Assembly (NCBI GenBank): GCA_964641795.1
Contig: CAZXLI010000003.1
Coordinates: 4,766 to 68,765, forward strand
Length of the DNA: 64,000 nucleotides
Reading direction: 5' to 3'
Origin: an uncultured Bordetella sp.
Lineage (GTDB): Bacteria; Pseudomonadota; Gammaproteobacteria; Burkholderiales; Burkholderiaceae_C
The position numbers and the translations under genes are program-made. The notes beneath the pieces are model-generated. The model ran no database searches. It saw only the letters and a program-made list of their open reading frames with translations, and had not been told where the DNA came from. Positions 49,253 through 58,389 of this stretch are shown one piece after another. Position 1 is the stretch's first letter; every line of letters begins with the position of its first letter.

Positions 49253-50911
49253 TCAAAGGTGTTCTTCCGCAATCAGCAGCGATCCAATGGCGAGGCCCAA
49301 ATCATGGATCGGACTGCGGAGGGGCTCGCTGCCGCGCACGCCTTCGAGGGCGCTGATCCACTCGATCTGCTGGCGGCCCTTGGCCTCTTGCAACCGGAGT
49401 CCGTAGCTTTGGTGTGCACTGTTGTTCTCCATCAGCACCTTCGCTTCGGATGCCAGCGCCTGGCTGTCTATGATCAACCCGCACTCCGTGTTGGTCAACG
49501 CCGAACGCCGATCCAGGTTCATCGAACCGATGTAGACCCAGCGCTGGTCCACCACCGAGACCTTGGCATGCAGCCGGCCCAGCGAGCTGCGGTGCTCGTT
49601 GGCCTTGCTGCCCGGCCTGGACTCGGCGGCGCCGGTGAACGAGGGCATCAGTTCGTAGAGCTTCACGCCCATCTTCAGCAGCGGGTGGCGGTAGCGCGCG
49701 TAGCCCATGTGCACCAGCGGTTCGTCGGTGGTGGCCAGCGAGTTGGTCAGCACCGAGAGCTGAACCTGGCGCTGCGCGGCGCCTTCGAACTCGGCCAGTC
49801 CGTCGGCGCCCGGCACGAAGTAGGGCGTGGCGATCAGCACTTCATGGCGCGCCGAGTGCAGCAGCGCCGCATGGGCCGCGGCGACGGCGCCGGTCTGCCC
49901 TTCGTTCGCTGGCTCGGCCTTGGAAGGCTCGTCGGCCACCACATGGGCTGCTGCGAAGTGCAGTTCGAGGCGGCCGGCGGCCAGTTGTTCGCCGATGCTG
50001 GATTGGCCCAGTGCATCGGCCGCCGGAATGGGCAGCGTCTCGGTCGCGTCGGCCAGGCGCCGTGCCAGCTCGCGCACCTCGTCCTGCAGGTCGATCGACG
50101 GCGACAGCAGGCTGGCCACCGGGTAGGCCTGCGGGCTGTTCCAGAAGCGGTCGAACACCTGCGACTGCTGCTGCGCCACCGGGCCGGTGGCCAGGATGTC
50201 CAGGTCGATGAAGAAGGCCGGGTCGGCGCGGCCGAAGTATTCGTCGGCGATGTTGCGGCCACCGCTGATCGAGACCTGGTTGTCGGCGATGAAAAGCTTG
50301 TTGTGCATGCGGCGGTTGATGCGCCCGAATTCGTGCAGCGACAGCGCGATGCGGGCGGTGAAGCCGGCGTCGCGCGCCGGCAGCGGGTTGAACAGCCGCA
50401 CCTCGACCTGGGCCTGGTGGTCCAGCGCCGCGAGCAGGCCGTCCTGGCCGACCGCGTAGAGGTCGTCGACCAGCAGGCGCACGCGCACGCCGCGCGAGGC
50501 CGCGTCGCGCAGCGCGGCGATCAGCTGCAGGCCGCTGCGGTCGTGCGCGAACTGGTAGTACTGCAGGTCCAGCGTCTTCGTGGCCGTGCGGACCAGCGCG
50601 ATGCGGGCCTCGAAGGCCTGATCACCCGCGGGCAGCAGGCGGAAGCCCGACAGCGCTTCGGCCTGCGCTGGCGTGGAGGCACGGACGATGGCCGCGAGCG
50701 GTGTGTCCTGCGTCTCGGTGTGCGCCTCGGAGGGCACGCGCTGCACCTGGCTCGGCAGCGCGGCGCAGGCGCCAAGCAGCATCGCCAGCAGCACGGCGAG
50801 CAGCAGCAGCATCGCGCGGCAGGCCATCGCCACCAAGGCGGCGCCGATGTCCGTCGGCAGCAGCAGGTCGGCCAGGTCCTGCAAGAAGGCCGCTGTCTGG
50901 CGCTGGCGCAT
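49253..50911 (-). CDS. Phospholipase D family protein (ClsC/YmdC-like), probable lipoprotein
   Basis: Two HKD motifs (RMHNKLFIAD..GGRN and LHAKVSVVD..GSMN) and an LLGAC lipobox. Confidence 0.92.
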   Translation of the reverse strand: MRQRQTAAFLQDLADLLLPTDIGAALVAMACRAMLLLLAVLLAMLLGACAALPSQVQRVPSEAHTETQDTPLAAIVRASTPAQAEALSGFRLLPAGDQAFEARIALVRTATKTLDLQYYQFAHDRSGLQLIAALRDAASRGVRVRLLVDDLYAVGQDGLLAALDHQAQVEVRLFNPLPARDAGFTARIALSLHEFGRINRRMHNKLFIADNQVSISGGRNIADEYFGRADPAFFIDLDILATGPVAQQQSQVFDRFWNSPQAYPVASLLSPSIDLQDEVRELARRLADATETLPIPAADALGQSSIGEQLAAGRLELHFAAAHVVADEPSKAEPANEGQTGAVAAAHAALLHSARHEVLIATPYFVPGADGLAEFEGAAQRQVQLSVLTNSLATTDEPLVHMGYARYRHPLLKMGVKLYELMPSFTGAAESRPGSKANEHRSSLGRLHAKVSVVDQRWVYIGSMNLDRRSALTNTECGLIIDSQALASEAKVLMENNSAHQSYGLRLQEAKGRQQIEWISALEGVRGSEPLRSPIHDLGLAIGSLLIAEEHL

Positions 50912-50940
50912 GGTGGCCCCCGCTGGGTGCGTTGTCGGGT

Positions 50941-51042
50941 TCAGAACAGGCCGCTGGAATAGGCGACCACCAGCACCGGGGCGATCAGGCCGCAGCCCAG
51001 CACGAGGATCAGCACAAGCAGCGTGTCGCGGTAGCGGGTCAT
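50941..51042 (-). CDS. Small 33-aa single-TM protein (MTRYRDTLLVLILVLGCGLIAPVLVVAYSSGLF), absent from the ORF track
   Basis: AGGAG RBS 9 nt before the ATG, host-like codons, hydrophobic core, directly upstream of the PLD gene. Confidence 0.65.
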   Translation of the reverse strand: MTRYRDTLLVLILVLGCGLIAPVLVVAYSSGLF

Positions 51043-51148
51043 GATGGTGATCTCCTGGTCCGGTGGACCGGCGCCCCCGAGGCGCCGGCATGGAGATCAC
51101 TCTAGGAATTGCGCCCTGTCAGCACGAGTGATGACTGCCCAGCCCCGC

Positions 51149-51164
51149 GGTGACATTGCTCACA
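51149..51164. promoter_or_regulatory. CRP-type binding site GGTGA-N6-TCACA
   Basis: One mismatch to TGTGA-N6-TCACA, located between the divergent CRP-family gene and the small ORF/PLD. Confidence 0.7.
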
Positions 51165-51191
51165 GGCCCGCGCGACCCAATAATCGACCGC

Positions 51192-51848
51192 ATGGATGCC
51201 AGCCCCACTGCCAACGCGCTGCCGATCGACGACACCCTGTCGAAGGCCCTGCTGGCCGAGATCGCCACGCATGGCGGCACGCGCAACTTCCCGGCCCATG
51301 CCATCCTCATCAACGAGGGCGACGCCACCGACTCGCTGTACATCGTGCTCAGCGGCCGGGTGAAGGTGTATGCCAGCTCGGAGGATGGCCGCGACGTGGT
51401 GCTGGGCGAGCACGGACCCGGCGAGTACTTCGGCGAACTGTCCTTCGACGGCGGGCGTCGTTCGGTGTCGGTGATGGCGCTGGAGCCCTGCAGCTGCCGC
51501 GTGGTGCAGGGTGTGCAGCTGCGCGAGTTCCTGGCCGCGCATCCCGACTTCGCGCTGCACCTGGCACTGAAGCTCAGCCGCATGGTGCGGCGGCTCACCG
51601 AGCAGGTGAAGAGCCTGGCGCTGCAGGATGTCTACGGCCGGCTGGTGCGCCTGCTGATGGAGCTGTCGGAGCCGGCGGGCAGCGAGCGGCTGGTGAAGCA
51701 GAAGCTGACGCAGCAGGACATCGCCGAGCGCATCGGCTCCTCGCGCGAGATGGTCAACCGCGTGCTGAAGGAGCTGACGACCGGCGGCTATGTCGCGCAG
51801 CGCGACGGCCGGCTGGTCATCCTGCGCAAGCTGCCGGCGGCCTGGTAA
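51192..51848 (+). CDS. Crp/Fnr family regulator with cNMP-binding domain
   Basis: FGELS..G.RS phosphate-binding cassette and HTH 'QQDIAERIGSSREMVNR'. Confidence 0.93.
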   Translation: MDASPTANALPIDDTLSKALLAEIATHGGTRNFPAHAILINEGDATDSLYIVLSGRVKVYASSEDGRDVVLGEHGPGEYFGELSFDGGRRSVSVMALEPCSCRVVQGVQLREFLAAHPDFALHLALKLSRMVRRLTEQVKSLALQDVYGRLVRLLMELSEPAGSERLVKQKLTQQDIAERIGSSREMVNRVLKELTTGGYVAQRDGRLVILRKLPAAW

Positions 51849-51926
51849 CGGCGCTCAGCCCGCTCCGGGTTTCCCGGTCGGGCTGATCCCCTCGGGGGAC
51901 CGGCCCGCAGGGCCGTAGGGGTCCAT

Positions 51927-52919
51927 TCACGTCGCGCCGCGCGCCTGCTGGCTGGCGAAGTAGATGACCTTGCGCGCGCGCTGCACGTTGCCCAGCGGGC
52001 GGTGCGCGGCCAGGGCCTGCCACGGATCGAAAACGCCGGCTTCGGCATGCGCCTGCAGCGCCTGGCCTTCGGCCGAGGACAGCTCCTGCCGCGGCAGGTG
52101 CAGCGTGGCCACCGTCGTGTAGGGCGAGACCCAATCGACCGAAGCGTCCTCGATCGGCGTGGTGCGCTCGTCGGTGAAGGGTTGCAGCTGCACCGACCAT
52201 TGCAGCGGGCCGCGTGCCAGGCGCGCCTGCAGGTCGGCCGCGTAGTCGGCGTTGCTGGTGGCCGGCGCGCCGTTGCTGGGCGCGGGTTCGAGCCGCACGC
52301 GCACCGCGTAGGGCCCGCAGGCGATCGGCACTGCGCTGAAGAACTGCGCGGTGGCAAAGCCGCTGAACTTGCGGCTCACGGTGGCCAGCAGCGTCAGCAG
52401 CCGGCGCGGCCCGCCGATCGGGCCATAGCGCTTGAACAGGTAGCCCAGCAATGCACCCTGGCCACGCGCGGCGGCGAGCACGAAGTCGACGAACTCCGCC
52501 GCGCCCGGGAACGCGAACTTCGGCTGGTTGATCAGCAGGAAATCCTGGCTGGTGGCCGGGCCGTTGCCCAGCGCGCTGTCGCCCTGCACGCCGAAGACCT
52601 TGAAAGCGAAGCCGCGGATGTCGGGCACCTTGTCGGGGGCGCGGTCCATGCCGCCATTGGACAGGCGCACCAGCACCTCATGCTGGCCGGGGGTTGCGAA
52701 CAGGCCCTGCTGCGCGAAGGCCGGCAGGTTGCCGTGCACGGTGAGCGTGCCCTGCGCCGCGATGATCTGCTTGCGGTGCAGTGCGCGGCCCCGGCCATGA
52801 CGCGCCGAGCGGCGCTGCTGCATCTGCGCCATCTGTTGCGCCTGGGCTTCGAACTGGCGGGCCTCGTCGGGGCCGATGTGCTCCTGCCAGTCGGTGCTGG
52901 CATTGATGTGGCTGCTCAA
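51927..52919 (-). CDS. Catalase-related heme protein (short catalase-like domain)
   Basis: RALHRK, VRLSN, PDIRGFAFK, QDFLLIN, TPIEDASVDW, HRPLG...RAR..IY. Confidence 0.8.
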   Translation of the reverse strand: MSSHINASTDWQEHIGPDEARQFEAQAQQMAQMQQRRSARHGRGRALHRKQIIAAQGTLTVHGNLPAFAQQGLFATPGQHEVLVRLSNGGMDRAPDKVPDIRGFAFKVFGVQGDSALGNGPATSQDFLLINQPKFAFPGAAEFVDFVLAAARGQGALLGYLFKRYGPIGGPRRLLTLLATVSRKFSGFATAQFFSAVPIACGPYAVRVRLEPAPSNGAPATSNADYAADLQARLARGPLQWSVQLQPFTDERTTPIEDASVDWVSPYTTVATLHLPRQELSSAEGQALQAHAEAGVFDPWQALAAHRPLGNVQRARKVIYFASQQARGAT

Positions 52920-52999
52920 CGCGGACCTCCGTCACTGGGGTGTCGGGCGCACCGTAGCACAAGCGGTGCCAGCGGCGGCGCCGCGTGCTTGGGGGCGAG

Positions 53000-54223
53000 C
53001 TACTTGCAGCCTTCGCGCACCAGTTCGACGCGGCGGTTGCGAGCGCGGCCGGCGTCGCTGCCGTTGTCGGCCACGGGCTGGCTCTTGCCGAAGCCGCGCG
53101 CGGTGAGCCGGCCGGCGGCAATGCCGTTGGCGGCCAGCCACTGGCGGACCGTCTCGGCGCGCGCCGCCGAGAGCTTCTGGTTGTGGTCGTCGGTGCCCAC
53201 GTTGTCGGTGTGGCCCTGCACCATCACCGCCACGGTCGGGCGGGCCTTCAGCGCGTCGCGCGCCTTTTCCAGCAGCGGGGCGGCGTCGGGCCGCAGCGTG
53301 GCCTTGTCGAAGTCGAAGTTCACGCCATACAGCGGCAGGCGGCACTGCTGGTCGAGCCGTGCGGCCCAGTCCTCACCGCCGATGTCGGCCACATTGAACG
53401 TTAGGCCGGTGGGGCCGTTGTCGTTGCCGCGGCCGAGCAGGGCCCAGAGCTGGCGGCCATGGCCGTTGTAGCTGGCGATGACCACCCCTTCGCCCGGCTT
53501 GGTGCCCTCCGGCAGTGCCTGCACGCGCCAGCCGGCCTTCTCCAGCGCGGCGCGGTAGCTGAGCTCGAACTCCAGCTTCGACAGGCTGGCCGGCGGCGTG
53601 TAGGTCTTCTTCAGGTAGCGGCTGCCCACCAGCTGCGGCTCGCCGTTGACGGTGCCCGCCGGCAGCGGTTCGTTGACCACGCTGCTGCCGCTGAGCTGCG
53701 CGCCGGCCGGCCGGCCGAGGTAGGGGAAGTCGTCGCGCTCGCCGAACTTCTCGGGCTGCGCGGCCGGCGGCGTGAGCGTCAGCGCTGCCTGCGCGGCGGC
53801 CACTTCGATCAGCTGCAGCAGCGGCTGGTTGTAGTCGCTCAAGGCCACGCGCAGCCAGGCTTCGCGGCCATCGGCCACCCGCTTGAGGCTGTAGGTGGTG
53901 GCGCCGTCGCTGCCTTGCAGCACCCAGCCGCCGGCCTTCAGCGCCGGCAGCCAGGCGGCCCAGGTGGCGGCGGCGGGCTTGTTGTCGGCATCGGGCCATT
54001 TGGCGTACGTCCTCACATGGCGCCCGCGCTGCACGATGGTCTTGCCCTCGGCGAGCGGGAATTCGGCCTCGGCCAGGCTTTCCTGGGTGATGGCGCCGGG
54101 GCTGTCCGGGATCACGTCCTTGGGCAGCGTCACGTAGGCCGGGAAGCCCTGCAGCGCCCAGGCGGCGGGGCTGCACAGGGTGGCCAGCATCAGGCTGGCA
54201 AGGATCTGGGCGCGCAGTCGCAT
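53000..54223 (-). CDS. OmpA-family peptidoglycan-binding protein with large N-terminal periplasmic region
   Basis: Signal peptide, VNFDFDKA, GHTDNVG, NQKLS..RA, NRRVEL. Confidence 0.88.
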   Translation of the reverse strand: MRLRAQILASLMLATLCSPAAWALQGFPAYVTLPKDVIPDSPGAITQESLAEAEFPLAEGKTIVQRGRHVRTYAKWPDADNKPAAATWAAWLPALKAGGWVLQGSDGATTYSLKRVADGREAWLRVALSDYNQPLLQLIEVAAAQAALTLTPPAAQPEKFGERDDFPYLGRPAGAQLSGSSVVNEPLPAGTVNGEPQLVGSRYLKKTYTPPASLSKLEFELSYRAALEKAGWRVQALPEGTKPGEGVVIASYNGHGRQLWALLGRGNDNGPTGLTFNVADIGGEDWAARLDQQCRLPLYGVNFDFDKATLRPDAAPLLEKARDALKARPTVAVMVQGHTDNVGTDDHNQKLSAARAETVRQWLAANGIAAGRLTARGFGKSQPVADNGSDAGRARNRRVELVREGCK

Positions 54224-54431
54224 GGCGTGGGTCTTGCGTGAGGGCGGTGAGGGCGAAGGAGAAGGGCGGCGCGCATGATGCCAGAGCAGGTTCGTGGCGC
54301 CCGTGCGGCTGCGGCCATAAGCTGCCCTTATGAAGGTCGGTGTTAGCGCGATGACCGCGGGCCCGCGCGGCGTCCTAGCATCGGGCCTTCGCGCCAAGAT
54401 GTTCCGCTTCCACACCGAAAGGACTGTTCGC

Positions 54432-55328
54432 ATGCGTGCTTCGATCCTCACCGCCTTTGCCCTGGCCCTGTCTTCCCTGCTGCCGCTGGGCGCTTCGGCC
54501 CAAGGCGGCGGCACGCTGGACAAGGTGAAGTCCAGCGGCACGATGGTGGTGGCCTACCGCGAGTCGTCGATCCCGTTCTCCTACCTGGGGGGCGATGCCC
54601 AGCCGGTCGGCTTCGGCTGGGAGATCTGCGGCAAGATCGTCGACCAGGTGAAGAAGGCCACCGGCCGCGCCGACCTGAAGGTGAGCACCCAGTCGGTGAC
54701 CTCGCAGAACCGCATTCCGCTGCTGGTGAACGGCACCATCGACATCGAGTGCGGCTCCACCACCAACAACAGCGACCGCGCCAAGCAGGTCGCGTTCGCG
54801 ATCAACTACTTCTACACCGGTACCCGCTTCCTGGTGAAGGCCGATTCGCCGGTGAAGGCGCTGGCCGACTTGAAGGGCAAGAAGGTCGTCTCCACCGCCG
54901 GCACCACCAACTACCAGGTGCTGCGCAAGATCAATGTCGACCAGAACCTGGGCTTCGATCTGCTGGCGGCCAAGGATCATGCCGAGTCGGCACTGCTGGT
55001 GAAGTCGGGCCGCGCCGATGCCTTCGGCATGGACGACATCCTGCTCTACGGCCTGCGCGCCAGCGAACCCAACCCGGCCGAGCTGGCGGTGGTCGGCGAG
55101 GCGATCCAGGTCGAGCCCTACGCCATCATGCTGCGCAAGGACGATCCGGCGTTCAAGAAGCTGGTCGACGATGTGCTCGCCGGCCTGATGAAGAGTGGCG
55201 AGTTCGAGGCCCTCTACAAGAAGTGGTTCCAGTCGCCGATCCCGCCCAAGGGCATCAACCTGAATGCGCCGATGAGCAAGGAACTGCGCGACAACCTGAA
55301 GGCGCTGTCGGACAAGCCGGCGCTCTGA
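54432..55328 (+). CDS. Glutamate/aspartate-type substrate-binding protein (GltI-like)
   Basis: RESSIPFSY, VTSQNRIPL, ECGSTTN, MDDILL. Confidence 0.9.
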   Translation: MRASILTAFALALSSLLPLGASAQGGGTLDKVKSSGTMVVAYRESSIPFSYLGGDAQPVGFGWEICGKIVDQVKKATGRADLKVSTQSVTSQNRIPLLVNGTIDIECGSTTNNSDRAKQVAFAINYFYTGTRFLVKADSPVKALADLKGKKVVSTAGTTNYQVLRKINVDQNLGFDLLAAKDHAESALLVKSGRADAFGMDDILLYGLRASEPNPAELAVVGEAIQVEPYAIMLRKDDPAFKKLVDDVLAGLMKSGEFEALYKKWFQSPIPPKGINLNAPMSKELRDNLKALSDKPAL

Positions 55329-55363
55329 TCGGCGTCTAGCCCCCACCACTTCCGGAGTCAGCG

Positions 55364-56119
55364 ATGAACAGCGTGGCGCCGCGCGGCGCAGGCAGCGCCG
55401 TGGGCGGCGTGGTCGGAGTGCTCGGCGGCATGGGCCCGCTGGCGACCATCGATTTCATGCACAAGATGCTCAAGGCCACGCCGGCGCGGCAGGACCAGGA
55501 GCATGTGCCGATGGTCGTGAGCTCGATTCCCCAGGTGCCCGATCGCAACGCCGCCTGGCGCGGCGAGGGCGATTCGCCGCTGGCCGCCATGCTGGCCAGC
55601 GGCCAGCGACTGGCCGAGGCCGGCGCCGGCCTGGTGGTGATGCCCTGCAACACCGCGCACCTGTGGTTCGACGAACTGCACCACCGCCTCGGCCTGCCAA
55701 TGCTGCACCTGGTGGATGCCGCCCTGGCCGAAGCCGGCGCGCTGGCCGGCCCGGCCGCGCGCATCGGTCTGCTGGCCACCGATGCCACGCTGGATGCAGG
55801 CCTGTACCAGCAGCGCGAATTGCAGGGCATGGCCTTCGATTGGCTGCTGCCGGATGCCGATTCGCGCGCGCGCCAGGTGATGCCGGGCATCGCGGCGGTG
55901 AAGGCGGGCGACCTGTCGCGCGGTGCCGCGCTGCTGCACGAGGCCGCGCTGGCGCTGGCCGCGCGCGGGGCGCAGGTGCTGCTGCTGGGTTGCACCGAGA
56001 TTCCGCTGGTGGTGCACGAGGACACCGCGCCGTTGCCGGTGGTGGATGCCACCGCGGCGCTGGCGCGGCGCGCGGTGGCATGGTCGCTGGCGCAGCGGCG
56101 TGCGCCGGCGGCGGATTGA
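55364..56119 (+). CDS. Aspartate/glutamate racemase family protein
   Basis: GVLGGMGPLAT and both catalytic Cys (PCNTAH, GCTEIP). Confidence 0.92.
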   Translation: MNSVAPRGAGSAVGGVVGVLGGMGPLATIDFMHKMLKATPARQDQEHVPMVVSSIPQVPDRNAAWRGEGDSPLAAMLASGQRLAEAGAGLVVMPCNTAHLWFDELHHRLGLPMLHLVDAALAEAGALAGPAARIGLLATDATLDAGLYQQRELQGMAFDWLLPDADSRARQVMPGIAAVKAGDLSRGAALLHEAALALAARGAQVLLLGCTEIPLVVHEDTAPLPVVDATAALARRAVAWSLAQRRAPAAD

Positions 56120-56141
56120 AGGCCGCGGCATGGAGGGCGGC

Positions 56142-57416
56142 ATGACGGCCCGCGGCCTGGGGCGCGACGTCTGCGTGATCGGCGCCGGCATCGTCGGCTG
56201 CGCGAGCGCGGTGGCGCTGGCGCAGGCCGGCTGGCGCGTGACGCTGGTCGATGCCCAGGCCACGCCCGGTCTCGGCGAGAGCCGCGCCAACGGCGCGCAG
56301 CTGAGCTACAGCTATGTCGAGCCGCTGGCGACGCCCGCGGCCTTGCGCGCGCTGCCCGGCTGGCTGCTGGCGGCCGACAGCCCGCTGCGCTGGCGCCCGC
56401 GCACGGATTGGGCGCACTGGCGCTGGCTGCTGCAGTTCGTCGCCGCATGCCGCTGGTCGCAGGTGGGCGCCACCACCGAAGCGCTGCTGGCGCTGTCGGG
56501 GCTGAGCCGGCAGGTGCTGCACCGCTGGCTGGCGCAGTGGCCCGACATCGCGCCGGCCACGCAGCACGCGCGGCCCGGCAAGCTGGTGCTGTACCGCGAC
56601 GCCGGTGCGCGCGCCGCGGTCGAGCGCCAGATCGGTTGGCAACGCGCCTGGGGTTGCGAACAGCAGATCATCGGCGCCGACGAGTGCCGCCGCCTGGAAC
56701 CTGCGCTGGCCGCCAGCGGTGGCGGGCCGATCGCGTTCGCGGTATGGACCGAGAGCGAAGAGGTGGCCGACGCCGCGCTGCTGGCCCAGGCGCTGGCGCG
56801 CACCAGCGGCGCGACGCTGCGGCTGGGCGAGCGCGCGCTGCGGTTCGAGACGGGCCGCGACGGGCGGGTCACGGCGCTGCACACCGAGGCCGGCCGCATC
56901 GAGGCCGATGCCTTCGTGCTGGCCGCCGGTCCTGCCGTGCGCGCATTGCTGCAGCCGCTGGGCTGGGCGCCGCCGGTCGAGCCGATCCGCGGCTACAGCA
57001 TCACGCTGCCGGTGCGGCAACCGGTGCTGGCGCCCAAAGTGAGCGTTACCGATGCCGCGCGCAAGCTGGTCTATGCGCGGCTTGGCGATCGCCTGCGCGT
57101 GGCCGGCTTTGCCGAGCTGTGCGGCAGCGACCGCTCGCTGGACCCGCGCCGCATCGAGGCGCTGTGCCAGGCGGTGCGCGACACCTTCGATGGCGCCTGC
57201 GATTTCGGCGATCCGCAACCCTGGGTCGGCCTGCGCCCGGCCACGCCTGGCGGCCGTCCGCTGATCGGTGCAACGCGCCGGCCCGGCTTGTGGCTCAATG
57301 CCGGCCACGGCGCGCTCGGGCTGACGCTGGCCTGCGGCAGTGCCGAACTGCTGGTGTCCATGATGAGCGGCCAGGCCGCGCCGATCGACCCGGCGCCGTA
57401 CCGGCTGGCGGCCTGA
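56142..57416 (+). CDS. FAD-dependent D-amino acid dehydrogenase (DadA-like)
   Basis: VIGAGIVG, S.ANGAQLSYSYV.PLA, GYSIT, W.GLRPATP, NAGHGALG.TLA.GS. Confidence 0.9.
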   Translation: MTARGLGRDVCVIGAGIVGCASAVALAQAGWRVTLVDAQATPGLGESRANGAQLSYSYVEPLATPAALRALPGWLLAADSPLRWRPRTDWAHWRWLLQFVAACRWSQVGATTEALLALSGLSRQVLHRWLAQWPDIAPATQHARPGKLVLYRDAGARAAVERQIGWQRAWGCEQQIIGADECRRLEPALAASGGGPIAFAVWTESEEVADAALLAQALARTSGATLRLGERALRFETGRDGRVTALHTEAGRIEADAFVLAAGPAVRALLQPLGWAPPVEPIRGYSITLPVRQPVLAPKVSVTDAARKLVYARLGDRLRVAGFAELCGSDRSLDPRRIEALCQAVRDTFDGACDFGDPQPWVGLRPATPGGRPLIGATRRPGLWLNAGHGALGLTLACGSAELLVSMMSGQAAPIDPAPYRLAA

Positions 57417-57432
57417 AGCGGCACCGGCGGCC

Positions 57433-58323
57433 TCAGCGCGGGTCCTGCGTCACCGCCCGCACCGCATCGACGAAATCGGCCACCGGCTGCGGCGAGCGCA
57501 GGCCCTGCGGCAGCAGCGCGCTGATCTGCACCGGCACCTCGGGCAGCAGCGTGCGCACATGCAGCGTGTCGCTGCGGCTGGCGCGGGCGGTGAACGAGTC
57601 GATGATCGCCGGGCCGAAACCCTGCTCGGCCAGCAGCATCGCGATGTGATGGGTCTGCACCGTGATGCCGGCGCGCGGCACCAGGCCCAGGCGGTCCCAT
57701 TGGTCGGCGAGCATCGCGCCCAGCGGGTCGCGCTCGTCGATGCGGATGAAGGGCGCACGCAGGATGTCTTCCAGCGCCACCGTGCTGCGCCGGTCCGCGC
57801 CGCGCGCGCCGACCTTCGAGACACAGACCACGCGGCCGGTGGCCACCGTCTCCTCCTGCAGCGCCGGGTGCGGTGCGCTGCCGTAGACGATGCCGACATC
57901 GCCTTCCTGCAGCGCGATGGCGCGCGCGATCTCGCGCGTGTGCAGCGTCTCGATCGTCACCGGCATGTCCGGATAGCGCTGGCGAAAGCGCGCCAGCGCC
58001 GCGGGCAGGGCGTGCACCGCGAGCGAGGGCACGATCAGGATGCGCAACTGGCTGCCGGCACCGCTGCCCAGCGCGGCCGCGAGTCGGCGCACCGATTCCA
58101 GTTGCGACATCAGCTTCTGCACCTCGGGCACCAACGCCAGCGCCTCGCGCGTGGGCACCAGCCGGTTGCGCTGGCGGGTGAAGAGCGCGTAGCCCAGCTG
58201 CAGCTCGGCATGCTGCAGCGTCTGCGTCACGGCCGGCTGCGTCACGTGCAGCAGCCGGGCCGCCCCACTGGCGCTGCCCGCCAGCATGATGGCGTTGAAG
58301 ACTTCGATGTGTTTGAGGCGCAT
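57433..58323 (-). CDS. LysR family regulator
   Basis: MRLKHIEVF...GS.S.AA..LHVTQPAVT. Confidence 0.93.
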   Translation of the reverse strand: MRLKHIEVFNAIMLAGSASGAARLLHVTQPAVTQTLQHAELQLGYALFTRQRNRLVPTREALALVPEVQKLMSQLESVRRLAAALGSGAGSQLRILIVPSLAVHALPAALARFRQRYPDMPVTIETLHTREIARAIALQEGDVGIVYGSAPHPALQEETVATGRVVCVSKVGARGADRRSTVALEDILRAPFIRIDERDPLGAMLADQWDRLGLVPRAGITVQTHHIAMLLAEQGFGPAIIDSFTARASRSDTLHVRTLLPEVPVQISALLPQGLRSPQPVADFVDAVRAVTQDPR

Positions 58324-58389
58324 GCAGCGGCGACGATACTGCAGCCCTGTGCCAACTGACAGGGTGCCGGAGCGCCCGCGAGCCCGCCC

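Noticed and set aside
49253-50911. PLD as a defence nuclease partnering the STAND protein
   Set aside because: Two HKD motifs, a lipobox and overall ClsC/YmdC-like features point to a lipid-acting envelope enzyme rather than a Nuc-type nuclease.
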